Shown here: piece by piece, positions 15,008 through 27,489 of the stretch
How the letters are laid out: each line of letters starts with the position of its first letter
Numbering within the stretch: position 1 is the stretch's first letter
From: Patellaria atrata CBS 101060
Lineage: Eukaryota
Length of the DNA: 64,000 bases
Assembly (NCBI GenBank): GCA_010093705.1
Contig: MU006091.1
Coordinates: 868,001-932,000, forward strand
Reading direction: 5' to 3'
Translations under genes and position numbers: made by a program
The notes under the pieces: generated by a model
What the model was told of the DNA's origin: nothing
Databases searched by the model: none
The model's input: only the letters and a program-made list of their open reading frames with translations

Positions 15008-15737
15008 TTTGCGGGCGGAAAATCCTTCTGACGGCACTTGGGTTCTGCTCTTCAGTCTGCATCGATAGGGTGTTATGTTTCAATAAAAACAATAACAGAG
15101 AGCAATGAAAGTATGATTTCAATTACATGACGGTGCATTTTCAGTGTCCTCGAGCACACAACATTCGGAGAAGCACTCCCGGAGCTAGATATGATGAAGG
15201 ACCTTAGATATTATTATTTATTAACAGTGTTAACACCTAGTGCCGTCCTTCTAGCAGAGTCCACATAAACCCTAAATACATCTTACAGGAGAAACCCCTT
15301 TCAATTGGTATACAGCTAGGGAGAAGTTCGCAGGCGAGACGTGTGGGAATATTTCCGTGCCTAACTGTTTAGCAGCCTGTTACGTCCCCGATGGAGTATC
15401 TGGCTGTATCTATGCCGTCATCTGGCTGGCTCTCACCTCCCTCCCTCAGCTAGGAGTGTGCTGTACTATACTGTACTCTTCCGTCTCGCCTGCTCCGTGC
15501 CAGCGTACCGAAAATGGCTGTAGGGGGAATGTGGCGCTTGTAGGTCCTAAGCTCTTGCGATAGTGTTGGGGTATCCGATGTCCTCTCCAGGTGGAGGTGA
15601 AAATCCGGCGCGTAAGGGGCCGGTCCCGACGACCATCCGTCGAGTCTAAGAAACAGGTTCTGGACATCAAGATAGTCTGAGCGAGGAAAAAAGTATATTG
15701 GAAAAAACGATAGTACAGCAAAGTCTGTGAGTTCTCC

Positions 15738-15837
15738 NNNNNNNNNNNNNNNNNNNNNNNNNNNNNNNNNNNNNNNNNNNNNNNNNNNNNNNNNNNNNNN
15801 NNNNNNNNNNNNNNNNNNNNNNNNNNNNNNNNNNNNN
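15738..15837. other. Assembly gap (100 N)
   Basis: Run of 100 n followed by poly-A. Confidence 1.
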
Positions 15838-16078
15838 AAAAAAAAAAAGTCCCTCTCCCCATATCCCATCCATCTAATGCAAAAACCCTTTACAATTTGC
15901 CGAAAAACGATGGACGCCACATACTTGAAAATCCAATGCAAGATTCTTTTCCGCCAAATATAAATATGACGTCCATGCGAAACAAAAGCCCAAATTAACC
16001 ATCCCTTCACCCCAGTCTTGTAACGAAGAATTGACCCTAATTTACATAAGAGAACTTTGTCGAAAACACCACAGCTCT

Positions 16079-17966
16079 CTACTTCTCGCTAACCACCAAG
16101 TTTCGCCTCCTGATCCTAGCTCTGATGTTACCCTTCGGCGCCACGACCGCGGTCATCTTGGTCTGTTTCGGGAGCTTCCACTCCTGCGCTCCGACGGGCT
16201 CGAAGTCCCAAAGGACGAGCATGCCGGCGACGAAGGCGAGACACTCCTTCTCGGCGAAGAAGCGGCCTTTGCACATGCTTTTCCCTCCACCTGGGAAGAT
16301 AGCATATTAGCATCAAGTTCCATAGTACCGGGGGGTGAGGAAGGGAGAAAGGGGAGACTCACCGTATACTCTTAACGTGCCCCACTCAGTGGTCCCGGGC
16401 CCTGTGCCCGCAGGCTGCCCGTCTGCGGGTTCCGAAACCTTGATGTGCCGCTCCGGGATCCACTTGCGCGGCTGGTCGAAGTACTGCGGATCCGTATTGT
16501 GCAGGTCGAACGCGACCTCGACATACTGCCCTTTGCTGATTCTGAAAGTTTCTGGCTTCGCGCCACCGGCTTCATCGGCGCTCTCTATGAGCTCGAAGTC
16601 CCGATGTACGGTTTTGACGCTCCAGGGACTGGAGTCCAGCCGGAGAGTTTCCATGTAGCAGCTCCTGAGCAGCGGACAGCGGGTCCACAGAGCGTTGATG
16701 TCGAGTTTGAGTCTCGGCGGCTCCGGTATGCCGAAGAGTTGGGCGGGCTGCGTCGCGCTTGCGAAGGGAGCCGTTTCGGCACGGAGGCGGTCGACGAGGC
16801 CGGGTTCGCGCAGGATGCGGAGGAGGATCCAGAAGACGAGGGAGTCGGAGTTCGCATTCATGGCCCAAGTGGTACCTAGAATCTGGGCTGCACGACCCTG
16901 AGGAGAGATGCCTGCAGAGCGCATGCAACTTTGTTCGTCTATTAGGGCCTGGCTGACATCGCTGAGGTCCAGCCATTGAGGGTCTGTATCCTTGCCTTCC
17001 GTGAGGGCGTCGAGGGCGGTCACGAAGGAAAGACAGGCGTCGTTGAGACGTCTGCGAGCGAGATGGCCGGGAATGAGTCCGGGGAAGGGGAACCATCTGG
17101 GCAGGCCACTGCCCATGAGGATGAAGTAGCGGTCGAGAGTCCAAAGGTTGTCAGTGAAATCGGGGTAGTTCTCAAGGAAAGCGGTTCCGGTGTAGGTGTT
17201 GATATTTAAGTGCGCCATCAAGTCGCGGACGAGTGGGCTATAATAGATTTAGTTCGACGTTAGAAATAAGCTACTTCCAGTATATAAGGACTGAAATGGT
17301 TTTAAAAATCAGAACTTACAGCAGGTCAACCTCCACCGCTCTCCCGTTGTCGACAACTTCTGCTTGACTCACACGTTCCCACGCCGTCTGGTCTACCAGA
17401 CTAGAGTTAAAGGACACTAGATTAGGGAGTTCGGTCTCCATCCTCCGGCTCAGTACCCTTACGATGTTGCCAAGTTGAGGCTCCTGGAGAAAGTGGCGAG
17501 TGAAGACTTGGATCACACGATCAATGATTGCCTCAAATTGCGGTATCTCTTTCTTCGGAAACCCAAAACAGTTCTTCCGTATTCGCCACTGTAGCTCATC
17601 ATGGTCGGCGACAGATTGCTTGAGAGAAAGGACCTGTTTTTGCAAGCTTGGGGAGTGGACTACATTGTGTGTAGTGCCAGCCATATACAGGGTGAATAGA
17701 CCATGCGTACTACCATCCCTGAGGCCCTTCAAGAACTTTTCATTATTGGTGAAAAATTGGAAGGCGTTTCCAATTACAGGCATCCAATAAGGGACCAAGG
17801 GCGGTGACCTAGGCCCTCCTTTACTAGACGCACCTACATCCGCGCGCATCCCAGTCCAAACGCGTGTCGTCAAAAGTAGGATCATCAGTGTGAGGATTGC
17901 AATCGGGGTACTGCTCCGTGTAAGCCATGGAGAATTTTGGATCTCAAGATCTGACATCCTGTCCAT
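16079..17966 (-). CDS. Cytochrome P450, CYP7/CYP8/CYP39-like; 3 exons
   Basis: N-terminal TM and PPLVPYWMPVIGNA, I-helix WAMNANS, ETLR, WIPERH, and heme motif YG|GGKSMCKGRFFA across an intron. Confidence 0.9.
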
Positions 17967-18911
17967 CTTTGATAATTGAAGCTTAGGACCACCAGAAGCT
18001 CAGGGTTGTAGGAAATAAATATGTTTTTGAATATTGAGCGGGCGCAACGTCAGCTTGCGGTCTGACGCGAATTGATAGCAAACGAGGGCTGAAATGGTAC
18101 TGTCCGATGGATACACAACGACAGGACTTTCTTCTTTGTTCGAACTTCTTATTACTAGGCGAAATTAAGATATAGCTTCAGTTAAAAGGGAAAAAAAAAT
18201 CGAAAAAGATCTGATGAGAACAGTAGCACACAATGGTGAAAAGTAAGTCATGAAATTAGTGAAGGAATGCGGATTCGCGCCAACTGATGACCGGGAAGTT
18301 AGAGAAGAGAGAAGAGAGAAGATACCTAGACAAAAAGAGACGAAGGAAAGGTGTAGATGTACAAAAGCTCCATGATGGAGATACAGGATAGAGTAAGGAA
18401 AGTCGGCCGAAGTTTTGTTAAAAGTTAACGGCTATTTCATTCTCTTGCGCCGGCCACTCTGGCAGATGCCGAACTATCCCACACCAACTTCACACCATTG
18501 ACACCAAGTGACCAAGGGCACGAACGAACATTCAACTCCGCGCCCCCTTCGTACGCACTGTACGCCAGCGTAATAATAATAATAATCAGCACTTGTTAGC
18601 CTGTCGTATCTCATCACACTTGACTCGCCTTGACCCTTCCACGCCTTCTCAGTTCTCACCCTTCTCAGCCGCTCGTTCGCCTGGTGCAAGGCGTGCGATG
18701 CCCTACAGGGTTCTCATCGTAGTCTCACACCTTATTAGTCTGCAATTTGCGCCGTTGAAACGGAATCTAGAAGTTCCGCGATCGTCTTCAGGTAGTTTTG
18801 TTTGATAAGGTTACGGAGAACAAGGTACAGACTATTTCGACTGTAACTATACATCTTTTCGCTAAATCTATTTGCACTTTCTCATTATTTGTCTAGAAAC
18901 AACTTAGGATA

Positions 18912-19710
18912 ATGGCTCCTCGCGAACTCAATTTCATTACCGGCAACAAGAACAAACTGGCCGAAGTGAAGGCAATTCTGGGTGAAACAGTCGAGCTAAA
19001 AACCCAGCCGCTGGATCTCGTAGAAATTCAGGGAACGGTTGAGGAGGTTACAGTTGATAAGTGCAAGCGCGCCGCAGACGCCGTACGCATGCTTCACCTG
19101 GCATAAAATTAACTTCTAACTTTTGCTTATGGTGTAGGTTGGTGGACCAGTACTTGTAGAAGATACATGTCTCTGTTTTAAGGCCATGAAAGATTTACCT
19201 GGTCCCTACATGTATGTGACATTACACGCGCGAATGAATCAATATTTCTCCAATTACTGTATCCTAACACTTAGATAGTAAATGGTTTATGCTAGCACTT
19301 GGGCCGCAGGATCTTCATAAGATGCTTGATGGCTTTGAAGACAAATCAGCTCAAGCCGTCTGCACGTTTGCCTATTCCGAAGGTCCCGGCCATGAACCCA
19401 TAGTCTTCCAGGGCAGAACTGATGTAAGTCTACACGCTGGAGGTGCGTACCGTAGAACCATCTAATGAGGGAGTTTTCTATAGGGGAAGCTAGTACCATC
19501 AAGAGGTCCCACTGTCTTTGGTAAGCAACTGTGCCGCACTCTTGCCTAACTTCTGGCTTTTGTACTCACTCCGCTCGAGGTTGGGACTCGACGTTCGAAT
19601 ACGAAGGGAAGACATATGCCGAGATGGACAAGTCAGAGAAGAATAAGATCTCCCATCGTGGCAAAGCCTTAGAGAAGCTCAAGGAGTGGCTGAATGCGGA
19701 AGTCGCTTGA
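18912..19710 (+). CDS. HAM1: Inosine triphosphate pyrophosphatase (ITPase); 5 exons
   Basis: [39 protein letters not shown]. Confidence 0.96.
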
Positions 19711-19746
19711 GGGAGTTCGGCCGGTGAATTCGATTCGCATGATAAG

Positions 19747-20348
19747 TCAAGCGTCCTCATCCTCCCGATTAGCATTATCCTGCTTCCAGTTCCTGATCCA
19801 CACCTCAATCCGCTCAACATTACTATCGATATCCTCAAGGGTATCGCTTTGCAGTTTCACGACGATGTTCTCATCATAAGACTCCCTCGCCTCATTAAGA
19901 AGCACCTCCATAATCTCGACATCCATATTCTCATCCAGCTTCTTTTTGACATATCCGCGGGCACTAAGGCGATCATAGAGTAGAGTAGAGTCACAGCGAA
20001 TAACCACGACGAGATCTATCCAGCTTTCTGGGAACATGTCGCAACCGTGCCAGTCGATGAGGTAACCACCACCTTTTACTTCGTCCTCAATAGCATCGAG
20101 CAGCTAGAAAATGAAAGTTAGCACGACCTACTATAGTCTTATTGGTGATATACACTGAATCATACCTTATCTTCGTCGACGATCCAGCACTTGGATTCCT
20201 CGTCCCAGCCGTCATGACAATGTCGGTCTTTGACAATCTGGTTGATCGAGAGGTGCTTGAGACCTGTATTTTGTGCAAGAATCTCGCAGTGAGTAGTCTT
20301 ACCGGTGCCTGGAGTACCGGTGACTATGATGTTCGGGCTGGTTCTCAT
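19747..20348 (-). CDS. FAP7: Adenylate kinase 6 / Fap7 (hCINAP), 40S maturation ATPase; 2 exons
   Basis: PNIIVTGTPGTGKTT P-loop, IDWHGCDMFPESWIDLVVV, LYDRLSARGY. Confidence 0.95.
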
Positions 20349-20856
20349 TTTTGGTGCCAATATGAGCGTGAGGGGCCTTTTTCGCAAAACTATGTCAAAT
20401 CTTTTCTGCGCGAAATTGAAAGTTTGCCGAGGCGGTCCCTCATCCGGTCGGAGCGCGGAATTATTCACATTCCGCCGAGCTAGAATTAGGGATCCTCTTG
20501 GCCCAACAGGATAGGGGCAAGAGCCGGGAACAAAGATAATGATGGCAAATTGGGCATCTGGGCCTCAATCACTTGTACTTGATAATCATTTCAAAACTCT
20601 CTTTCGAAGAATGTAGTCAAGAGATGCGGCACAGCCAGAGCAAGAGGAGAGTTTTCGATTCATAGCTCATTCAACATACGCCAGTGTCTCAATCCATCCC
20701 TGGAACTAGATTTCGCTGAGGGTAATCACCACTGGGGACCTTCAGCGTACATGGTACTCTTCCGACGCCTCTTATTCTCTCCCACACTTGCGCTACTCCA
20801 TCACAGTTATCAATGAAACCTTTGCTAGCTTAAGTCTCTAGTTGTGGGAGTTCAGC

Positions 20857-22968
20857 TCAGAGCTTCCCCCCCTGTTGATCCGACACTGGCCATTGATAAC
20901 CTGCGGCATCGCTAAACTTGTAGCCGTACGATGAAGTAAAGTCGTCGAGCACGGCTGGTCCGCGGGAACCTGAAATTATCTGAGTATCATGCTATCACAA
21001 GGGAAGGGGAATAGATCTTACCATAAGGATACTCCATTGGGATGATCTCTTTGTTATCATCTAGGTAATGCAGCAGTGGAGTAAAGATCTTCCAACTTGC
21101 ATCCAACTCGTCATCCCGGACAAAGTTGGAGTGATCTCCCTTCAGAGCATCAAGGATAAGCGACTCATAGGCTTCGGGAATCTTCAAGTCAGAGAAACGT
21201 CTCCGGTAAGTAAGATCCAATTCAGTGACGACCGTTTGCATGCTCAAACCCGGCAACTTAGAATTCATCTTGATGTAGACGCTCTCGTTGGGTTGGACAC
21301 GAATGACGAGCTCGTTACGCGGAATATCTTTGAAGATACCTGATGTAACGTCCTTGAACTGGATTCGTACCTCGGTCTTTTGCTCGTTTAGCGCTACCTC
21401 TGAGTTAGCTAGCTGTTCCGAAAAATAGTCGTACAGGTAGCACACCTTTGCCGGCTTTCAAAATAAATGGAATACCGTCCCACCGTTCGTTCTTGATGTA
21501 TACCACCATAGAAGCGAATGTAGGGCATCGAGAGTCTTTCGGTACAGTATCATCCTCCTTATATCCTGGTTTGCTCCCGTCCAAGGACTTCCCGTATTGA
21601 CCAATGATAACATTCTTTGGCTCAATCGGTGGGATACCACGGAGCACACGTACCTATAAATTGTTAATTTGTCATTCAATTCCGTCGAGACACAATCATA
21701 CCTTTTCGTCTCGGATGTCCTCAGCGGAGAAAGATATGGGTCTCTCCATGGTGAGTAGAGTAAGGACCTGAAGTAGATCTAGAGTACTATCAATCGGTGG
21801 CTCGTGTAACGAATCATATTTGCTTACGATTTTGCATGACGTCTCGAACAATTCCAAACTCATCAAAGTAGCCACCACGGCCCTCGGTTCCGAACGGCTC
21901 CTTGAAGGAGATCTCCTCGTGTCAGTTAAGATCTGACTGTTGGTGAAAAAGAACATACCTGGACGTTTGCGATATGGTTGCGATTCCAAGTAGCACCGAA
22001 GAACTCATTGCCAAATCTTAGTATAAGAATATTTTTAACCATTTCTTTGCCCAAGTAATGGTCAATACGGAATACTTCATCCTCCTTCCAGTCAGGTCCA
22101 AGGGCCCTCTGTAGCTCGCGTGAGCTCTCTAGGTCCTTTCCGAATGGCTTCTCTATCTATTTGGTATTTCTGTTAGATGCAACCATATAAGAACTATCAA
22201 AGACTAGACCTGACATACTATGATTCTAGCAATACCCGATGATGGGTAGCAGATTTTCTTGAGATGCTGGGATACAGGTATGAAGACGCTAGGAGGTAAT
22301 GCCATGTAGAACACACGATTGGTTTCCTTCCTACCTTGTTCAAGTTCCTCTAGGTGCTTTCGGAGATTCACGAACGAGTCATCCTGGTCATATTGTCCAG
22401 AGATGTATGTGCACATCTTGCAGAACTCATTTAGCTGCTCTTCCAGATCTTTCGTCGGTGTCTTGATGTATGACTTGACCCTCTTAAGATATTCCTCGTG
22501 GTCCATCTTAGTCCGCGCATATCCAATGATTTTGACGTTCTTAGGTAGGAAATTGTTCCGGTGCTGGTTAATCAATTAGGGAAGTCTGTATCAAAGATTT
22601 TATGGATACGCACGAGACCGAAGAGCGCAGGAAACTGGTTTCAAGATGTCAGCACTCAGTCTATACTGCAGTCGTATCGAACCTACTGTTTTCTTCTTAG
22701 CGAGATCCCCAGATGCGCCGAGCACGACAATAACAGTATTGTCTTTGAGTTCAATGTCGCTATACGAAGAATTGTCAGCGTTCAGTAGGAGTGATCCTGG
22801 AGCTATAGTATTGTCACATCCCGGCCCAACGGGGCGCAAATCGGTTGTAAAGAACGCTTTCAGATGGACTCCAAGAAAAGAATTATGAAAATAGAATATA
22901 GAAGAGAGTCGATGGACGGCTGACACTTACTGAGCTTCCGCATGAGGTCGAATCATCGTGTCCGCCAT
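20857..22968 (-). CDS. ZWF1: Glucose-6-phosphate 1-dehydrogenase; many introns
   Basis: [64 protein letters not shown]; ends GKL*. Confidence 0.97.
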
Positions 22969-24573
22969 CTTGCGCGTCTGCTAGATTCCCCCGCTGCAGA
23001 GCCGATAAGTATTTCGAGCGGGTTCGAGGGTCGATGAATAAGTTCAATTGAGTGATAAAGCTTCGCAAATTGTCAATTGGAATCTAGGAAGAGTAATTGT
23101 GAAATTTGAATTGATCGGAGGTTGGGGGAGATTTGCGGGCGTTTCTTTCGTGTTGATGTATGCGCGGGGTCGGAGTTGGATTCTTTTCCTCGAGCAGTTC
23201 ACTGTGACGTTCTTGACAGAACTTACCTGAGGAAAATTATCCCTTTGGATGAAACTCAAGGCGAAGGACAGAAAAGAGTTTGTATCACGCCGGCCTTTTG
23301 CAAGAGGAAGAAGTCACCGACTACAGTCCAGACACAGGAGTAATTTTTCTTTGTGATCATTACACCCCCGCAGCACAGAGCTCACTAAGCCGATGTCTAC
23401 GGTAGCTTTGCCTAATGCCTCGAGCTGTATACCGCATGGCCAGCGGTCATGATCGCCCCGCCATACACACGGCTTTCTTCAAATTGGGAGCTATCGCTGA
23501 GCAACTCTCAGCAATTTAAAAGACCTGCGCCAATGTTGTTCGGATCCAATGCTACTCAAGACGAGCTCCCCCTCCAGGTCACGCATTCATCCTCACATTT
23601 CACTTCCAACCACAGTTGTTGTATGGTGTGGGAGATAGGCTCCGCTCAAGGCGGAGGAAAGTAATATCTCCGAGGGTACCGGACGCAGCGGAAAAGGTTC
23701 CAGCAGTTACATTTCCAGTCGAAGAATACTGCTTCTAGCGGGAGCGCTCAAGAAATTTGCCGGTTCACGTTATCGAACCCGGTATCAGCATGGTTATCCT
23801 TTGATACAGGATCCAGTCTTGAACAGCGCACTATATGAATAGGAAGCCATGGAAGATGTATCAAATGGTGTTCCTAGCTGAGTCTAACCAGCATAACAAC
23901 AGACGGAATAATTGCACAGATATATCCTGAGGAGAGATCAGATCCCAATTGATTCTCCACCGGCGGCAGGACTGTTTGGCGGTAGGTATGCCTATAAAGC
24001 CAACATTTCCGTTCTCTAGACTGGCCGAAATCGCAAAATGTGTTCGACGAGCGCCCTAGAAATCATCCATCAAATTGCACCAAGATTAGCTGATACCACG
24101 ATAGCCTGCTTTCAGAAGTATCGCATCTTCGGAGGGAATTGGTCAATAGCGTCCCATAAAGTAGATAAAGTCATCTTTGTTCTACGCGTGCTCCGTATAG
24201 TGAGAGGTTGTCTTTACTGAGAATCATATCCCTACGGGATATAAGCATCACAACTGGCCCGTTCATGTCGAAATATGAGCTGAAAAGGTAGATGCTATTG
24301 CTCTCTGCGGAAATAACGAACACTAGTACTTTTATCATTCAATATAATCGTGATAAGTGAGTGTTGCAAAAGTTGCTTTTGACTTTCGTATCTAGAAGTT
24401 GAGAACCCCTTAGCCGCTAAGTTTAGCGAGTGCCAAGGAATTCACACAACTACAGTGTGCCCATTTTGCTACTCCACTAACTTCGAGGACAACGACAACA
24501 ACATTTCCCGGATCCAAATTCCTCTCTTCGCAAGGCAACCCGTAAACTTGTGTAAAGTGAGGCGCTATTAAAA

Positions 24574-25242
24574 ATGCCTTCGGAAGCAGGTCATAGACGT
24601 AAGTACATACAATTCTTAAATCGACCTCGATCACCATTGGAAGTCTCGATAACTAACGTCAATCTTTGTGTAGTATACGTGAAGTAAGTTCAAATTATCC
24701 CGTCTTTGTTCGACCTTACAACCATTACGCGCCATGCCCCTTCGAAATCATCAACGCCAGCTATCTGGGCCGGGCTTACTCTCATTCTAGGGGACGCCAT
24801 CTGTCCTACCAGCGCGGCAAGCGCAACACCAACCCGGGAACTTCTCTTATTCAGATCGAGGGTGTTGATTCCAAGGAGGCATCAACGTGAGCAATATCCT
24901 ATCTACGGACAAGATGCGATACTGACAATTGGAAGGTTCTATCTCGGGAAGAAGGTCGCTTTCGGTATGCATTATATTGAAAAGGTTGAAAATTAAAATA
25001 GTCGGAAATCTAACATATGTACAGTTTATCGTGCTCAGAGGGAGAGGCAAGGCTCGAAGATCAGAGTTATCTGGGGCAAAGTCACTCGACCAGTAAGAAT
25101 GTCTATATCTCCCATTTCTCGCGCTTCTAACAGTTATTAGCACGGTAACTCTGGCGTCGTTCGCGCTCAGTTCAGACGCAACCTTCCTCCCAAGTCCTTC
25201 GGCGCATCCGTTCGTGTCATGCTTTACCCTTCTTCAATATAG
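24574..25242 (+). CDS. RPL33: 60S ribosomal protein eL33 (L33/L35a); 6 exons including a 10-nt micro-exon (24674-24683)
   Basis: [51 protein letters not shown]. Confidence 0.97.
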
Positions 25243-25841
25243 ACTATGGAACATGGTGAGGGGGAGCGAGTGGTTGAGAGTGGTAGAGACATGAACGAAA
25301 GGGGATGAATCATTTGTACAAGCGGGTCAATCACATAATCTCCGCGCTTTCTTAACGGCATATCATCGGCGTGGGTGCTGCTGTTACAAAGGAACTAGGT
25401 CCAATAAATCAAAAGTGACCAAATATGTCGCTGTTTCGAGTTCAGTGATATTCGCGCGTCCTGTACAAAATCTAATTGTTACTGCTCCCCTGATTCGTAG
25501 TGTAAAGAGCGAGTATTGCCCTGAGACTCGGGACGTTAGCGTAGACTTCCTGTAATACCCCCTCTTTCTGGGTATAAAACCTTTCTAAGTAATGAGCGTA
25601 ATGATCGTAATGATACGTTGTAACTTACAATCTCGGTGGGACGGGAAAGATAACACCTTGCTTGGCAAAGCTCTTGGCATACTTGACCAGATGCTCCAAC
25701 AACGACATCTCGTCCGTCGGTTGAGCAAGAAGCGATCCGTACTTCACCTCAGAGCCCCTCCACCATCAAATCTCTGTAAGTCTCAATTGAAGGAGGTATT
25801 CTTCACTATTCCTAACTCTACGACTGACTCATCCTAGCACA

Positions 25842-26283
25842 ATGGCACCGCCACGGCAAGACCTCACCGGGTTTAACCCTCAGAAATTTGCAGCCTCTTC
25901 CCGCATGCATACCAATGATCCGTGGGCGCGAAAGTACGTTTGGTCTCTTCGATAGAGCTCTCGTCAGCATACCTTTCTGCTCGGGTGTTTCCGCACGAAC
26001 ACTTCCTCTGCCGCACTTCTGTAGGGGATAGTTGAGAAGACTACTGGCTAACAAAGATGTCAATTGCAGCGAAGCATGGCGATATACCGGCCCCTTTACG
26101 AGATGGAACCGATTAAAGAATGCATTTCCCGGTCTAGGCATAGCTACGGTCGCCTTTGGGGCCTATCTGGCCTACGAGGCTGTGACTCTGAAAGACGACC
26201 ACGCGCATGGACAAAGTGAGGGACATGGAAGCACTGGACATTCAAGTATCAGCGGAAGTGGAGGGTCTAGCACTGCATCGTGA
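25842..26283 (+). CDS. NDUFB3: NADH:ubiquinone oxidoreductase B12 (NDUFB3) subunit; 2 coding exons, probable 5'UTR intron 25776-25837
   Basis: DPWARN|EAWRYTGPFTRWNRLKNAFPGLGIA followed by a TM helix and a His/Gly/Ser-rich tail. Confidence 0.9.
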
Positions 26284-27489
26284 GGCACCGAACATAAGAG
26301 GACATCCAGGCTCTACCACGTTCCTCTGGATTCGTTGGAGAAGAGATGGTCGGACAACTGTAAAGAAAGCATGTATTAGGCGTTACGGGCGATGTTAATA
26401 TTGCACCGGAAGAGAGAATTGTACATATTCAAGTGAAAGAGACGAAGGGAATTCAATGCGCATACGAGTACAAGGGAGATCTCGCAGCACTATGAAGACT
26501 TGGTTCTCGCAATACACCATCTCTGGTATACTGATCATGTCAATATAGGAAATGGAGCATAGCTTAGAGCTCATGTACTAAATTTGATCATCCTCTTCCG
26601 CAATACGGAATTCTTCGACCCCCACAAGTCTTGTTTCCAATCGAAATCGGCTATCGAACACCAGCTCACGGACTCCCATTGATGAAATCAAAAACACACG
26701 TCCTCGATAGGAGCAATGCATTATAATTAGTTCCAGCTAGATCTGACCACATTACTCCTCTTATACAAAGCCCCATCATCGTCCCCACGCCATCTCCTAA
26801 AAGCTTCCCTTTGAGACCTCGCCTTGCCCCCCATCTCCGCCGTCTTCCTCTTCCACTCTCCCTCTTCTCAATCCACCTCTCCAACCCCGGCGCGACCCTT
26901 TGAAAAAACCCCTGTACTCTACATCTCTTCACGACAACAGCCCCACCTTTCAGGAATATTGCGCTCAGTTTGCTCTTCTTGCTATCTTGTGGTGCAGAGC
27001 CCCCGGGAACTGACTCGATGTGTGTGATTTTTGCTGTTGGTAGTGGGCCTGAGGGTAGAGGAGGGGGTGGAGGAGGAGGTAGATTCTCGGTAGGATCTTG
27101 GAGCAGTGGGAAGGTGATGCTTATTTCGAAGGCGGAGTGGGGAAGGTATGGAATGTGGGATTGATTTTCGAGGTGGAGAGTGTAAGGTTGAGTTTAGATC
27201 TTTGGAATAGGGTGAGGGATTTCACTTTATACGAGGTTATATACGTTGTAGACTGAATTTCTTTCATTGGGAGTTGTTGGTACCGATTACGAACACAAGC
27301 AGACGATGGCTTCCGAAAATAGTTTACATTCCACATGCTGCGTGGTCGAATCTACTTCGGGAGAACAAAGACACCGAAACTGGTCTCAAGGTTGACTCCG
27401 TCTAGGCTGAACATTATCTATCAGAGGTATAATTACCTCCTTGATGTCATCATAATAAGTGTTGCTCTACTCAGTACCATAAGCAGTCA

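Noticed and set aside
15446..16010. ORFs spanning the N gap
   Set aside because: Artefacts of translating Ns
18211..18290. TGATGA...CTGA pair resembling a C/D box snoRNA
   Set aside because: Imperfect C box context, no terminal stem and no recognisable rRNA guide
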